In this document: piece by piece, positions 26,451 through 36,748 of the stretch | Layout of the letters: each line of letters starts with the position of its first letter | Numbering within the stretch: position 1 is the stretch's first letter | Origin: Tubiluchus corallicola | Lineage: Eukaryota > Animalia > Priapulida | NCBI GenBank assembly: GCA_030141605.1 | Contig: JAQGDQ010001517.1 | Span: 1-36,748, forward strand | Direction of reading: 5' to 3' | Length of the DNA stretch: 36,748 nt | The notes under the pieces: model-generated | The model's input: only the letters and a program-made list of their open reading frames with translations | Database searches by the model: none | What the model was told of the DNA's origin: nothing | Made by a program: the position numbers and the translations under genes

Positions 26451-27719
26451 CAGTGTTGCTTCACTTATCGCAGGTATTCTGTTCCAGGCCTACCCACGAT
26501 AAGTGAATTTCTGCGAAGTAGAGACGCTATACAGTCTAGTCTCGGTATGTCGCCACTGTCCGTCTAGGGCAAATTTTTACCGTCTAGAGGCGAGTATGGC
26601 GAGATAACAGGAATATAACGAAGTTAGTCTATATGTATATATGAAGAATTATTCGTATAAATACAAATTTCCTTTTTTTGTTCAGGATTAAGACAAAACA
26701 GTTTTCGCTTCAGAGACATCATGTTAAGTTGCTCACACTTTGTGGAAACTCAAACTTAAACGCAGCTTTGGTGTTATAGAGTAAGGATATCGGTGACGCT
26801 TTAGTTTCTCTGCGCATTAACCAACCACAGCACTCCTAATCTAATCCTGGTGAGACACACACTAGATTAATTATGTCTGTCTATCGAGTACAGCAGCATT
26901 GTCTACATACCGCGGTTATATTGATCGACACGCGGTATATGTATTGATCGATTCACCTCTGAGTTTGTCTGTTTGGCGACATAACGAACATAGTTTACAT
27001 AAGCACTCATCCTAGCATGACATGGCGAGGGCGAGAAGCGAGGGTGGCGACTTAACGAGGTAAATATCAAAGCAGAAAATCCGTCCTGGTACTTTCTATG
27101 GGGAGAGACGAGTTTGGCGGCATAACGAGGGGCGAGATAACGAGGCTGTACTTATTTTAGTAGTTATACATTATTTTAAGTCTTTATAAACCCTCCCCAC
27201 ACTCTTATACATAACCCTTTCCCATTCCCTTAATAACTTTTCCCATACTGTACATGTATCTTTTAAAAAACTTTACTTAAATGTTCATAAAAATGTAACA
27301 AACTCTTAAACCTAGATATGTAATTTTAAAAATTTGACGTGTGTTGTGTACAATCTCACGTCGGCAAGTAGCATCTCAAGCGGGCGCAAGTACTACATTT
27401 CATTTTTGGTGTGTATTCATCCGCCGAATAAATACAGTATTTACTGTAAATGGTAATTCTTTTTGACTTATAATGTTCTTTTAATGTTAGAATTAATATT
27501 TTTAATGTATTTTTATACATTTTGTGATTTTTTATGCAAAATTCATCAAATCTATACATTACCGTACAATACGTACTACGCATGTGCAAAAATACTTTAA
27601 ACGGAGTACCCCGCAAAACAGCGGAAATACCGCGATAAATATTTTACATTAATATTTTTGAAAACCCGCGAAAGAGCGAGTCCGTGATAAACGAACCGCG
27701 AAGTAGCGAGGGAACACTG
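26451..27719. mobile_element. Tc1/mariner-pogo-type non-autonomous element with nested MITE at ~26532-27153
   Basis: TA|CAGTGTTgctTC...GAGGGAACACTG|TA; inner TIR cagtctagtctcggtatgtcgcc / ggcgagataacgaggctgtactt. Confidence 0.6.
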
Positions 27720-27869
27720 TAATAAACTTGGTATCAAAATGATCCTCATGAAATGGAGATTCAGGATTTGTGAATAACTAGAAAAACTTAATTGCCGAAT
27801 TATGGACTATTTTGCTATGTAAGCACTTAGAACACATATTTATTGTCTTGATTTTAATTTTTCTTCTAG

Positions 27870-28019
27870 CTTCACGGAGATCTCATCAAATCGGAGAAGG
27901 TTCTAGCAGACGAACTAAGGGACATCTCCGAGGTACAGCGCACCGCATGGGACGGTCTTAGTCGGACGTTTAAAGAGTGCCTCTGTCTGATCAGTTACTT
28001 GAAGAACGCTACGTTGTGA
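27870..28019 (+). CDS. WDR36: WDR36 copy 2, terminal exon M'
   Basis: ttcttctAG|LHGDLIKSEKVLADELRDISEVQRTAWDGLSRTFKECLCLISYLKNATL-TGA; resembles the WDR36 C-terminus. Confidence 0.9.
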   Translation, partial: LHGDLIKSEKVLADELRDISEVQRTAWDGLSRTFKECLCLISYLKNATL

Positions 28020-28464
28020 TGACTAGAGTTTATGTAGCTAATGTTCACACTGTGCGCGTTCACTGTATATAGACGTTAACAATGTTTTAGTAATTGTTGA
28101 AATGAAGCCAAGTGAAGTGTACAGCAGTGTGGTTGACATCAATGGCTTCGTGTAAATAGTTAAAGCACAACCAGGAAAAATTCCTGTGAAAAGATGAAAC
28201 GACATTAATTTCTCCTTGGCTAATCGGTTGGTTTGTCCTGGAACTCTGTACAGCAACCAGATCTCTTGGGCTGTAGCAAGTAGGCGATCAGTAAAATAGT
28301 GTGTATGATCACGCAAGTGTACACCAGACTAAACTACTCAATAGGCTAAGTTGAAGTGAATGAAAAGGGCGTGTTTTTCTGAATTTTATCCAATTAAATC
28401 AGTTGTAAATGTTTAAACAAACAGCATGATTGGACAGCCGAGATTCTCCTGAATAGAACAGTAC

Positions 28465-28800
28465 CTAATTTGTAATCATTTAGTTATGTCTGTGCTCATA
28501 TAGTAGCAGAAAAGTCATGGGTCTATTTATAAGATCTATATATCTTATAAGATTTATTTTGAATGGTGCAGTAGGAAGGAATTAATGCGTAGTTGAAAAG
28601 GCCTTTTGTTAATTTAACGAACAGTAAATGGCGACACGTGTAATTAGTAATTATCTAATTTGTAATCATTTAGTTATGTCTGCGCTCATACAGTAGCAGA
28701 AAAACTCATGGGTCTTATAAGATCTATTTTGAAAGATGCAGTAGGAAGGAATTAATGCGTAATTGTTAATTTAACGAACAGTAGATGGCGACACATGTAC
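28465..28800. repeat. ~190 bp tandem duplication in the WDR36 3' UTR region
   Basis: ctaatttgtaatcatttagttatgtctg...tggcgacac occurs twice. Confidence 0.85.
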
Positions 28801-29051
28801 CATCATTCACTGTGCAGAAGCTCCTATGTTTCAAGTCTAATTGTAAGAAGCAAAGAAGTTTGTCAAGTTTCTCTTCATTTCTGTTGCTTATTTATTTCAT
28901 TTTATTTCGTAATAGTTGGCTCGTTTGTCCGGACCTATTTCACCAACATGCAGGAGACGTCCGATCCGTTTTGAATGGTGAGGTTCTGAAGGAGTTAATA
29001 GCGGGCTTGTGCCATAACTAAGTGGCGAATCATTGTCATTAAATTCATTGT

Positions 29052-29072
29052 AATAAATTCATTTGCAATAAA
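29052..29072 (+). terminator. Candidate polyadenylation signals for WDR36 copy 2
   Basis: Two AATAAA hexamers (29052, 29067) about 1 kb after the stop. Confidence 0.45.
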
Positions 29073-30346
29073 AATGTTTTTACACACATTAACTATTATT
29101 ATTATTATTATATCAAAATTTCATTTAGTTAATACGATAATGCTATGAAAAGTTATTAAACCAACTTAGTAACTATTACTCGTAAAAACACAAACACAAC
29201 GGGACGGAATAACAAACTGAGTAAATATCATTAACTGGACGAATTACGAAAGTACAGATTCGAGGCTCGGATCGTTAGTAGCGCCATCTATTAAGTGTGG
29301 GAGATACTACATTTTCACAACTACGTATATTCACAACCGATAAGAGGACGGATTACGATACGTCAGATGTGCGACTGAAATACGCGCAGCTTGCAAATTA
29401 GAATCGTTCATAAGTCGGCATAGTTAAACTACGTTATGATGCTTCAAAGTAAGAATGCACCAAAAATTTTGGTCAAATGTCAATTTTTTGTTTTTTATAA
29501 AAATGCTAAATATATCGGACTTCTATATTCCAGCATTTATCTAGCAAAAATACCAAAAATTGAATTTTATAACCCCGCACCCACTTTTCTGGCTAGAAAC
29601 TAGTACTACAATTGTAAAAAACTGTTTTTTATAAAAAACAGTCATAAAAAATTTTCATAATTTTCATAACCACTCCGAGCACGTGGAAGCAGCCATTTTG
29701 CTTCGGGTTTTTTGTATTGCCAAGGCCATGTCTTTGTCAGGAAGAGCCATCTACTGGATTTAAACATAACTTCATTGTGTTCTTGCAAAGTCCGTAGCAA
29801 CCAACATTTGTACGGTTGCTAAGTGTTTTGTAGAAACGCTACAAAAAAACAATGGCTGACTTTAACAGTGATTTTCTCAAGATTATGTATTTCAGTGTGC
29901 AGCCTGCACCTCAACTTCAATGTGGATTATCTCAGCTTAGAAATAACACAGAGCGATGAGCTTGGTATCAAAATGATCCTCATAAAATGGAGATTCAGGA
30001 TGTGAATAACTAGAAAAGCTTAATGCCAACTTATGGATGATTTTGCTGTGCAAGCACACAGATGTAAATAATTGTACAAAAACATAGTCGATACTGTATA
30101 AAATGGTTATCATCACAGAGCTTGAGACTCATTCTCGCTATTTATGCAGATCAGCCTGTAATCATAAATATCCTTGCAATCATTCACCAATTTCCACCGT
30201 TCATGTTATCAATGTAAAATGAAAGACTACAGCCACAGAAAAAAATCAATAATTCACAAAGTTACGGAAACCATTAGGGGCCTTTACGATTTGCCGTGTC
30301 GTGGTCACGTTGTAACAACGGCGGCTGCGATGGTCACTGCTAACTA

Positions 30347-31324
30347 TCAAGAAGCGTTCGCTAAGATGTCGTCGACGGCGTCCCAGTCGATGACGGACGA
30401 GATGGCGCTGCTTCTGTTACTTAACAGGTCGAGGTTTGAACTTCTGGGCGTCACGGTTTCCGTCAAGTTCACTTGGCTCGATGGAGCGCGGCCGGCGGAC
30501 GTTTCGAAACTCTCGTCGTACGAGAACGTTCTTCCGTTGCAGAGAGCATCGACACGTCTGTTCAGGTCGCTAATCTTGCACGAGTCTTCGTCTTCCGGGA
30601 CGGGCGGACGGGAGACTTCGGAAGTCATCTCAAAACTGTCTTCGTACGAGAAAGTTCTTCCGCTGCGAAACGAGTCAACTGCAACAGGACCGGTCGCATG
30701 TCCACGTGATGGGAGCGTTTCCGCGTCCTCCATCAGATCCACAGCTTGCTGTTTTTGCAATGATGCCGAATGCTTGAGAGCTTGCTGCTGGGGTAAGGAA
30801 GAGGTCCTTGGCTGCTCGGGTAAGGAGGCAGTCCTTGGCGTCGGTATCGGCAACCTGGGAACCACACGGGGCGTGTTGACGTGCGAATCGTCAGCCAGCG
30901 TATCGCTTCTCTGGGTTGCCATGGGAACCGCACGCGGCGTGTTGACGTGCGAATCGTCAGCCAGCGTATCGCTTCTCTGGGGTGCCATGGGGACCGCACG
31001 CGGCATGTTGACGTGCGAATCGTCAGCCAGCGTATCGCTTCTCTGGGTTGCCATGGGAACCGCACGCGGCGTGTTGACGTGCAAATCGTCAGCCAGTGTA
31101 TCGCTTCTCTGGGTTGCCATGGGGACCGCTGCACGAGGCGTGTTGACGTGCGAATCGTCAGTCAGTGTATCGCTTCTCTGGGTTACCAGGCTGCTCCTAG
31201 TGGTCGGCACCGGTCTGTCGGTTGACAGGCGACTAGAGAGGTTATCGCGAGGTGTCGACTTGGCACCCCGTTTTTTACCGAATCGCGACGGCCTTCTGTC
31301 TTTTGGTGCTTTGGTGCCTTCATT
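30347..31324 (-). CDS. Uncharacterised gene 2, terminal exon (Ser/Thr/Pro-rich, 22-aa repeats)
   Basis: tttattgtAG|AAT, phase 0; open to TGA at 30347-30349; ends SVIDWDAVDDILANAS; the three exons join to 648 codons. Confidence 0.8.
   Translation of the reverse strand, partial: NEGTKAPKDRRPSRFGKKRGAKSTPRDNLSSRLSTDRPVPTTRSSLVTQRSDTLTDDSHVNTPRAAVPMATQRSDTLADDLHVNTPRAVPMATQRSDTLADDSHVNMPRAVPMAPQRSDTLADDSHVNTPRAVPMATQRSDTLADDSHVNTPRVVPRLPIPTPRTASLPEQPRTSSLPQQQALKHSASLQKQQAVDLMEDAETLPSRGHATGPVAVDSFRSGRTFSYEDSFEMTSEVSRPPVPEDEDSCKISDLNRRVDALCNGRTFSYDESFETSAGRAPSSQVNLTETVTPRSSNLDLLSNRSSAISSVIDWDAVDDILANAS
30865..31185 (-). repeat. 66-bp coding tandem repeat, ~5 copies
   Basis: TQRSDTLADDSHVNTPRAVPMA units, one 69-bp variant, frame preserved. 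Confidence 0.9.
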
Positions 31325-31916
31325 CTACAATAAACGAAGTAATTACACTAACAACAACAGGACAAACAAAAATTTACGTGAAAAGTAAACAATAGGAAAC
31401 AAAGATTTTGTCGTGGTTTTGATCAAAGCACACGAAAACCCTCCACTTACAAAAAGCTTAAAAATTCGTCTCAAAATTTTGTACCACTTGCGTGCTACCT
31501 TTTTGTACGCATGGCTTTAACGCTGTATAAAACCAGTAAAAATTTAAACTCCCGCAATGACTGTTAGATGCAGCCATTTTAATGGTAGGTCACTTCAAAC
31601 AAGTTTAGATAACATTGAGTAAAGTTTGAAAAAACAATCAGAACATTCGTAGCAGCACAAATGTTGCTAACTTAGTCAAATTTTAATTTACTGTATCTTG
31701 TCAATATGATTAAAAATACGTTTTTGGTTAGTGAGTGGCGCACCCTGGAGGGCGAGTCAGCAACATTTTACCAATTGATGAAAACATTTTAAATTATTAT
31801 TTCTGGTTACATAAGTGCTTCCAGCAGGTAAACAACATAACTTTGCATGGAATGTTTTTTTGGGACATAATTTAACATTTCCTTTTCTTCCCCTGATTTA
31901 CGTTTGCGTAAGTGAC

Positions 31917-32283
31917 TGTTGTGGAGATCGCTGGCATCTACAAGAATTAAATAGAACATTGTAGAATGTTCCATTAGAATAATCGTCGTACCTTGTAGAA
32001 TGTTCTAGAAAGACTCGTCTAGAATGTTCCCTGACACGCTATATAAAGCAAAGCAGGCCGCTGAGGGAGACACGCAGATTCACACGGTCGTCACTTACAC
32101 GTTCTCTTGTACCTGTATTTTCAGATACACTCAAACGTTTTCCAGATTTTCACGTTTACTGTAAACATTTCACGTTCCTTCATACTTTTGTGTTGTAGAA
32201 TTCTCGCTTAATAAACTAGTTTAATTTGACGACGTGTTTTCTGGTTTTCTGTACGAGCCTTCCGAGAGAAACAAAACACAACA
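31917..32283 (+). mobile_element. Solo LTR (BEL/Pao- or Copia-like), 367 bp
   Basis: Termini TGTTGTG...CACAACA; 5-bp TSD GTGAC/GCGAC (one transition); TATATAAA at 32040; AATAAA at 32210. Confidence 0.8.
31953..32047 (+). promoter_or_regulatory. Clustered heat-shock elements plus TATA box in the LTR
   Basis: aGAAcaTTGtaGAAtgTTCc; aGAAtgTTCtaGAAa (perfect nGAAnnTTCnnGAAn); aGAAtgTTCc; then TATATAAA. Confidence 0.6.
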
Positions 32284-32411
32284 GCGACGTCATGTAATGG
32301 CGCCGTCGGGACAGTATTGCAGGAGACTTGCTTTGTTTTTTGTAAAAATGAAACTTGACCTGAGATTTGACCTTCAAGCAGAAATTTCTAACAGACATCA
32401 GGACTACGTAC

Positions 32412-32677
32412 CAACCAAAGTGGACCCTCCTCCAGAATCCTCCTCACTCCATCCGGCACGTTCCATTCGCTTACAACCGAGCTGGTGTCGGAAACGTCGT
32501 CGACCGAAGCCGCCGCCGGTCTCTTTGGCTTCTTCTTCTTCTTTGTTCTCTGCGACGGAAACGGCGGCGGTTTCTTCGGCTGCAGTTCCTGTAGCATTTG
32601 TGCATACGTCTTGGGCTTGTGAGGCGGCAGATTCCGAGCTTCTCGTATGGCTTCCTTGAACCCAGCGCTAGAATCCT
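32412..32677 (-). CDS. Uncharacterised gene 2, penultimate exon
   Basis: tcttcttcatttcAG|AG...TTG|GTacgt; (E)DSSAGFKEAIREARNLPPHKPKTYAQMLQELQPKKPPPFPSQRTKKKKKPKR...WNVPDGVRRILEEGPLWL. Confidence 0.78.
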
Positions 32678-33371
32678 CTGAAATGAAGAAGACGTGTAGG
32701 ATTAGGTGTGAAGTTTACAATGCTATTGATAGATGGAGCCACGAGCTTGTCGTATGGCTTCTTTGAAACCAGCGCTAGAATCCTCTGAAATGAAGAAAAC
32801 GTGTAGGATTAGGAGGGAAGTTTACAATGCTATTGATAGATGGAGCCACGAGCTTGTCGTATGGCTTCTTTGAAACCAGCGCTAGAATCCTCTGAAATGA
32901 AGAAGACGTGTAGGATTAGGAGGGAAGTTTACAATGCTATTGATAGATGGAGCCACGAGCTTGTCGTATGGCTTCTTTGAAACCAGCACTAGAATCCTCT
33001 GAAACGAAGAAGACGTGTAGGATCTAGGTGGGAAGTTTACAATGCTATTGATAGATGGAGCCACGAGCTTGTCGTATGGCTTCCTTGAAACCAGCACTAG
33101 AATCCTCTGAAATGAAGAAGACGTGTAGGATTAGGTGTGAAGTTTACAATGCTATCGATAGATGGAGCCACGAGCTTGTCGTATGGCTTCTTGAAACCTA
33201 GAATGAATGAAGAAGACGTGGATTAGGTGGGAAGTTTACAATGCTATTGATAGATGGAGCCACGAGCTTCTCGTATGGCTTCCTTGAAACCAGCACTAGA
33301 ATCCTCTGAAACGAAGAAGACGTGTAGGATCTAGGTGGGAAGTTTACAATGCTATTGATAGATGGAGCCAC
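32634..33371. repeat. 107-108 bp minisatellite, ~7 copies, overlapping a gene-2 splice acceptor
   Basis: Unit starts at 32667, 32774, 32881, 32988, 33096. Confidence 0.95.
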
Positions 33372-33829
33372 CAAATCTGTAGTCGGTATTGAAGCTTCTA
33401 CGTTATTTTAGATTAAACTATGCAGTTTTTTTTAAATAATTTGGTTTCCTACATGAAAGTGTGCACCACTTATTGCTAGTTTCAATGTATTGTTTATTTG
33501 TTATTTTGGTTTGGGCGGTCAAACCTTCTTATAGCGCTCCCTTTATAAAACTTTGGCAATTGATTCTACATTACTGTGAGTCGAATACACGATGTTTACT
33601 GTATTAGCTTAGTGTCAGTAAACACGAATAATTGGACAGACGTCTCCTACGGCAAACCGAGATATGATTATATGTAAAAATCGAGATTCAAGTTCGATTC
33701 CGTTTTTGCTAATTATGTCGAACTTGGGTACAGATTTAATCTGGAATCAAAAATCATTTTAAACTGAGATGTTTGATTGCGATTTGAAAATTACTATAAA
33801 AATGAAACCGGATTTTTTGACAGCCCTAC

Positions 33830-34529
33830 CCAATTCTTTCTGCTGTTCTGCCACGGTTTTCAACAACAACTTCATTCTTTGCTTTGGCTCGTCCTTCCTT
33901 GATCTCTTCTGCTCCGGTCGCAAGTTTCCGATTCTCTTCGACTGCAAGCAAGCCTTGTTACACGCCCACGGTTTACCCTTCCTGCGCCGAGCTCCCGGTT
34001 GAGGAGCGGATTTCCTCCGTTCCGAAACCGTGGACCTGGAAACCGATCGCGAAGGTCCTAAGCTCGAAGACGAAACGGACTTCTGCACCTCGACATTCGT
34101 CTCCACCATGTCGCCGAGGAGGCTGATGGCGTCCTTTTTCCGTTTGGCGAAATTTTCTTCCAAAAGCCGCTTCCGATGTTGCTCGGCTTTCCGGTCGGGA
34201 GGGATCCGCTTTGTCTCTGCTTTTCCCGGCTTCGCGACGCCGGCCTCTTCCAGCAAATCTTCGATTTCCTCGACGGTGTCTAGCCGCGGCTTGGCAATCT
34301 TCTGTCGGGACTGCGCGGCATATTTGGCAGCAACTTGCCGAACCGTGCCCGGTTGCCACTCGGCATTTTTGGAAACTTTGCGCACACGAGGTGGCGACGT
34401 GTTGACGATGTCGCCGAGTAGTTCCAGCGCCTCACGCTTCCGCTTCTCCACGTTGCGCTGAAATTTCACACGTCGATAATTCTCTCTTTCTCTCTCTGTC
34501 TTGCCGATTCTCTTAGACGTCAAGTAAGC
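33830..34529 (-). CDS. Uncharacterised gene 2, first visible exon (Lys/Arg-rich, internally repeated)
   Basis: tttttcAG|GCT...G|GTaggg; 700 bp GC-rich open frame; phase 0 in, phase 1 out, matching the next exon. Confidence 0.78.
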
Positions 34530-34680
34530 CTGAAAAATAGCCAATGATTTAAACTTTTTCAATTCAGTTTCAATTTATTTATCTCTTTAAAACACTAGAA
34601 CACTAAGCCTGAAAAATAGCCAATGATTTAAACTTTTTCAATTCAATTTCAATTTATTTATCTCTTTAGAACACTAGAAC
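34525..34680. repeat. 79-bp tandem duplication including the acceptor of exon 33830-34529
   Basis: taagcctgaaaaatagccaatg at 34525 and 34604. Confidence 0.9.
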
Positions 34681-34871
34681 AGAACATTATTAATAACAGA
34701 ATCACTAATAAGTTTGAACGAATGGTACTTGAAAACGACCATTTTTGATTTATACGTATAATACAATTTTAATGCTTCCATGTCTCATGCAGTCGCAATA
34801 TATGGCCTCCAATCAATTATAATGCTATTTTAATATACCTCTATGTAAATTAAACATACACTGTGGTCATT

Positions 34872-35165
34872 TCTTCTCCTCTTTTCCTTCTTCCTATCCC
34901 TAATCTTGCTATTTTATTCCATTCCATCATGTCTACTAACCCTAACCATTCTTTCATTCACTCATCCTCCCCTCCCTTCCTTCTTCCTATCCCTAATCTT
35001 GCTAATTTGCTCCATTCCATCATGTCTACTAACCCTAACCATTCTTTCATTCACTCATCCTCTCCTCCCTTCCTTCTTCCTATCCCTAATCTTACTATTT
35101 TTCCACTTCATCATTTCTACTAACCCTAACCATTCTTTCATTCACTCATCCTCCCCTCCCTTCCT
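34872..35165. repeat. 93-bp pyrimidine-rich tandem repeat, ~3 copies, at the copy-3 junction
   Basis: ttcctatccctaatc at 34891, 34984, 35077. Confidence 0.9.
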
Positions 35166-36748
35166 TACTTACTTACTTACCTACCTACCTACCTACCTAC
35201 CTACCTACCTACCTACCTATCTACCTACTTACGTACTTACTTAACTTACTTTACTTGCTTGCTTGCTTGCTTACTTACCTACCTACCTACCTACCTATCT
35301 ACCTACTTACGTACTTACTTAACTTACTTTACTTGCTTGCTTGCTTGCTTGCTTGTTACTTAACTTGCTTGCTTGCTTACTTACTTACTTTATACAAATT
35401 AACTTTAATTCGCTATCTGTTTTGATAAATTTATCGTATGTACCGCCATACTTGGTTCGCGTGTAATGTCCAATGTTGGGTTCTATCAACCCAATGTCTT
35501 GTATGTTGGGTTGCACCGCTTTAATATTCTGGTCAGACTTGCGTCCAGTTCCTCTTATGACAAACCGCCGGAAGATATTGTAAGTTGACATGCTCAGTAA
35601 ATCTAAATATTAGATAGTGTAATGAAGCTTTATGTTTCCTTTGTTTTGGTGTACACAGACCTTTACTCCGGATGCTAGGTGGCTGATTACGTCGTCCATG
35701 GATTGTACGTTATGCACGTGGGACCTGCCTTCAATGAGGTGTGCGGTTTGTGCATATATATCTCGTTTTAGTGCGGTTTGTGCATATGTCTCTCTTTTTA
35801 GTGCGGTTTGTGCGGACGTCACTTTTTTGGCTACAACGTTTGTTTTTAAATTCCTTATGTGCACTACTGGCAAAAAACGAATGCTCGATTTTTCTTGCTT
35901 TTGTAACCGTACCATCTTGTTACTATTTAGAATTGTAGAAAACTATCTTTCTACTCGGAATTGAACCCAGGATCTCGCAATGAGTGCTATAAGGTTGTCG
36001 GTATTTAAGCGTAGACATGTTAGTTTAAATGCTCCGTTTTAGACGTATTAGTGCGCGGATGGTTGCTCTACATTTTGCCAAATTTGATATTTCAGTTCAG
36101 TTCAATTTTGTTTTATTGCTTCATTGATGCTAGTAAGTATACAATTGTAGTTTTAGTAATGTATGAAGTCACAGTGCTGTAAAAACATATTGAATATTGT
36201 TTGCTAAAATTTTAATGATTAATTGCTGTCGACTCGCATGTTTAAAACATAAACAAACTTTATACTTACATAAGGCTAAAAATTTGTTTTGAAAGTTTAT
36301 ATTAGTTACACGCTATCTTATTGCATACAGAGCTTGTGATGGCAGTAACACAGTATAAAAGACTTGTAAGTTTAAACTCCCGCGCTGATCGTTAGGTGCA
36401 ACCATTTTAACGCTGATTTGTTTGATAGAAGTTTAGATAACACCGAGTAAAGTTTGAAAAAAGAGCATTCCTTGTAGATTTCGCTAACTAAGCAAAATTT
36501 TAAATTACTGTATCTTTGCAAAAAAGGTTAAAAATATTATTTTGGTGAAACAGTAGTGCACACTGGGATGTTGATACCGCGATATTTTACCAGGTGGTGC
36601 AAACATTTTAAATTATTAGGAAGTTTCTTTTTCAATTACGAACGTCTTTCAAACAGGTAAGGATAATGGAAAGTCAATTGTGTGCTTGCATAGCAAAATC
36701 GTCCACAATTCGGCAATTAAGCTTTTCCAGTTATTCACATATCCTGAA
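35165..36748 (+). repeat. Direct repeat of ~17040-18627 (third copy)
   Basis: Near-identical, with a handful of substitutions in 35570-36001. Confidence 0.95.
35659..35738 (+). pseudogene. WDR36: WDR36 copy 3, exon G'' (5'-truncated; continues beyond right edge)
   Basis: TFTPDARWLITSSMDCTLCTWDLPSM; CGC>TGC (R>C) relative to copies 1 and 2. Confidence 0.75.

Noticed and set aside
17040-28019. Copy 2 as a retrocopy or 3' transduction
   Set aside because: All introns and intronic repeats are retained; no poly(A) tail or TSD
30174-31388. 404-aa plus-strand ORF
   Set aside because: Antisense shadow of the gene-2 terminal exon; the minus frame has phase-consistent splice sites
32295-32310. TGGCGCCG as a primer-binding site after the LTR
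   Set aside because: About 15 bp from the LTR end and outside the TSD; no internal gag/pol sequence follows
34872-35165. Telomere-like TAACCCTAACC motifs at the copy-3 junction
   Set aside because: Fewer than two tandem CCCTAA units per 93-bp repeat; insufficient for a telomere-healing claim

Overview
AT-rich, intron- and repeat-rich animal (invertebrate-type) genomic DNA; most ORF-track entries are tandem-repeat translations. The main gene is WDR36/UTP21 (SSU processome WD40 protein), present three times. Copy 1 is on the minus strand: 11 phase-consistent GT-AG exons from 16260 down to 587, running off the left edge. Copy 2 is an inverted, 5'-truncated plus-strand copy starting at ~17040, with 7 exons through the stop at 28019. 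Copy 3 is a further plus-strand copy starting at ~35165, ~18.1 kb after copy 2, and running off the right edge. Copies 2 and 3 begin at the same point in an intronic (TTAC)n microsatellite. The ~18 kb unit also carries the last three exons (30347-34529, minus) of an unrecognised convergent gene. Other points: three separate tandem repeats multiply real splice sites; a solo LTR has clustered heat-shock elements before its TATA box; there are many MITEs and minisatellites. An uncollapsed-haplotype or assembly artefact cannot be excluded from sequence alone.
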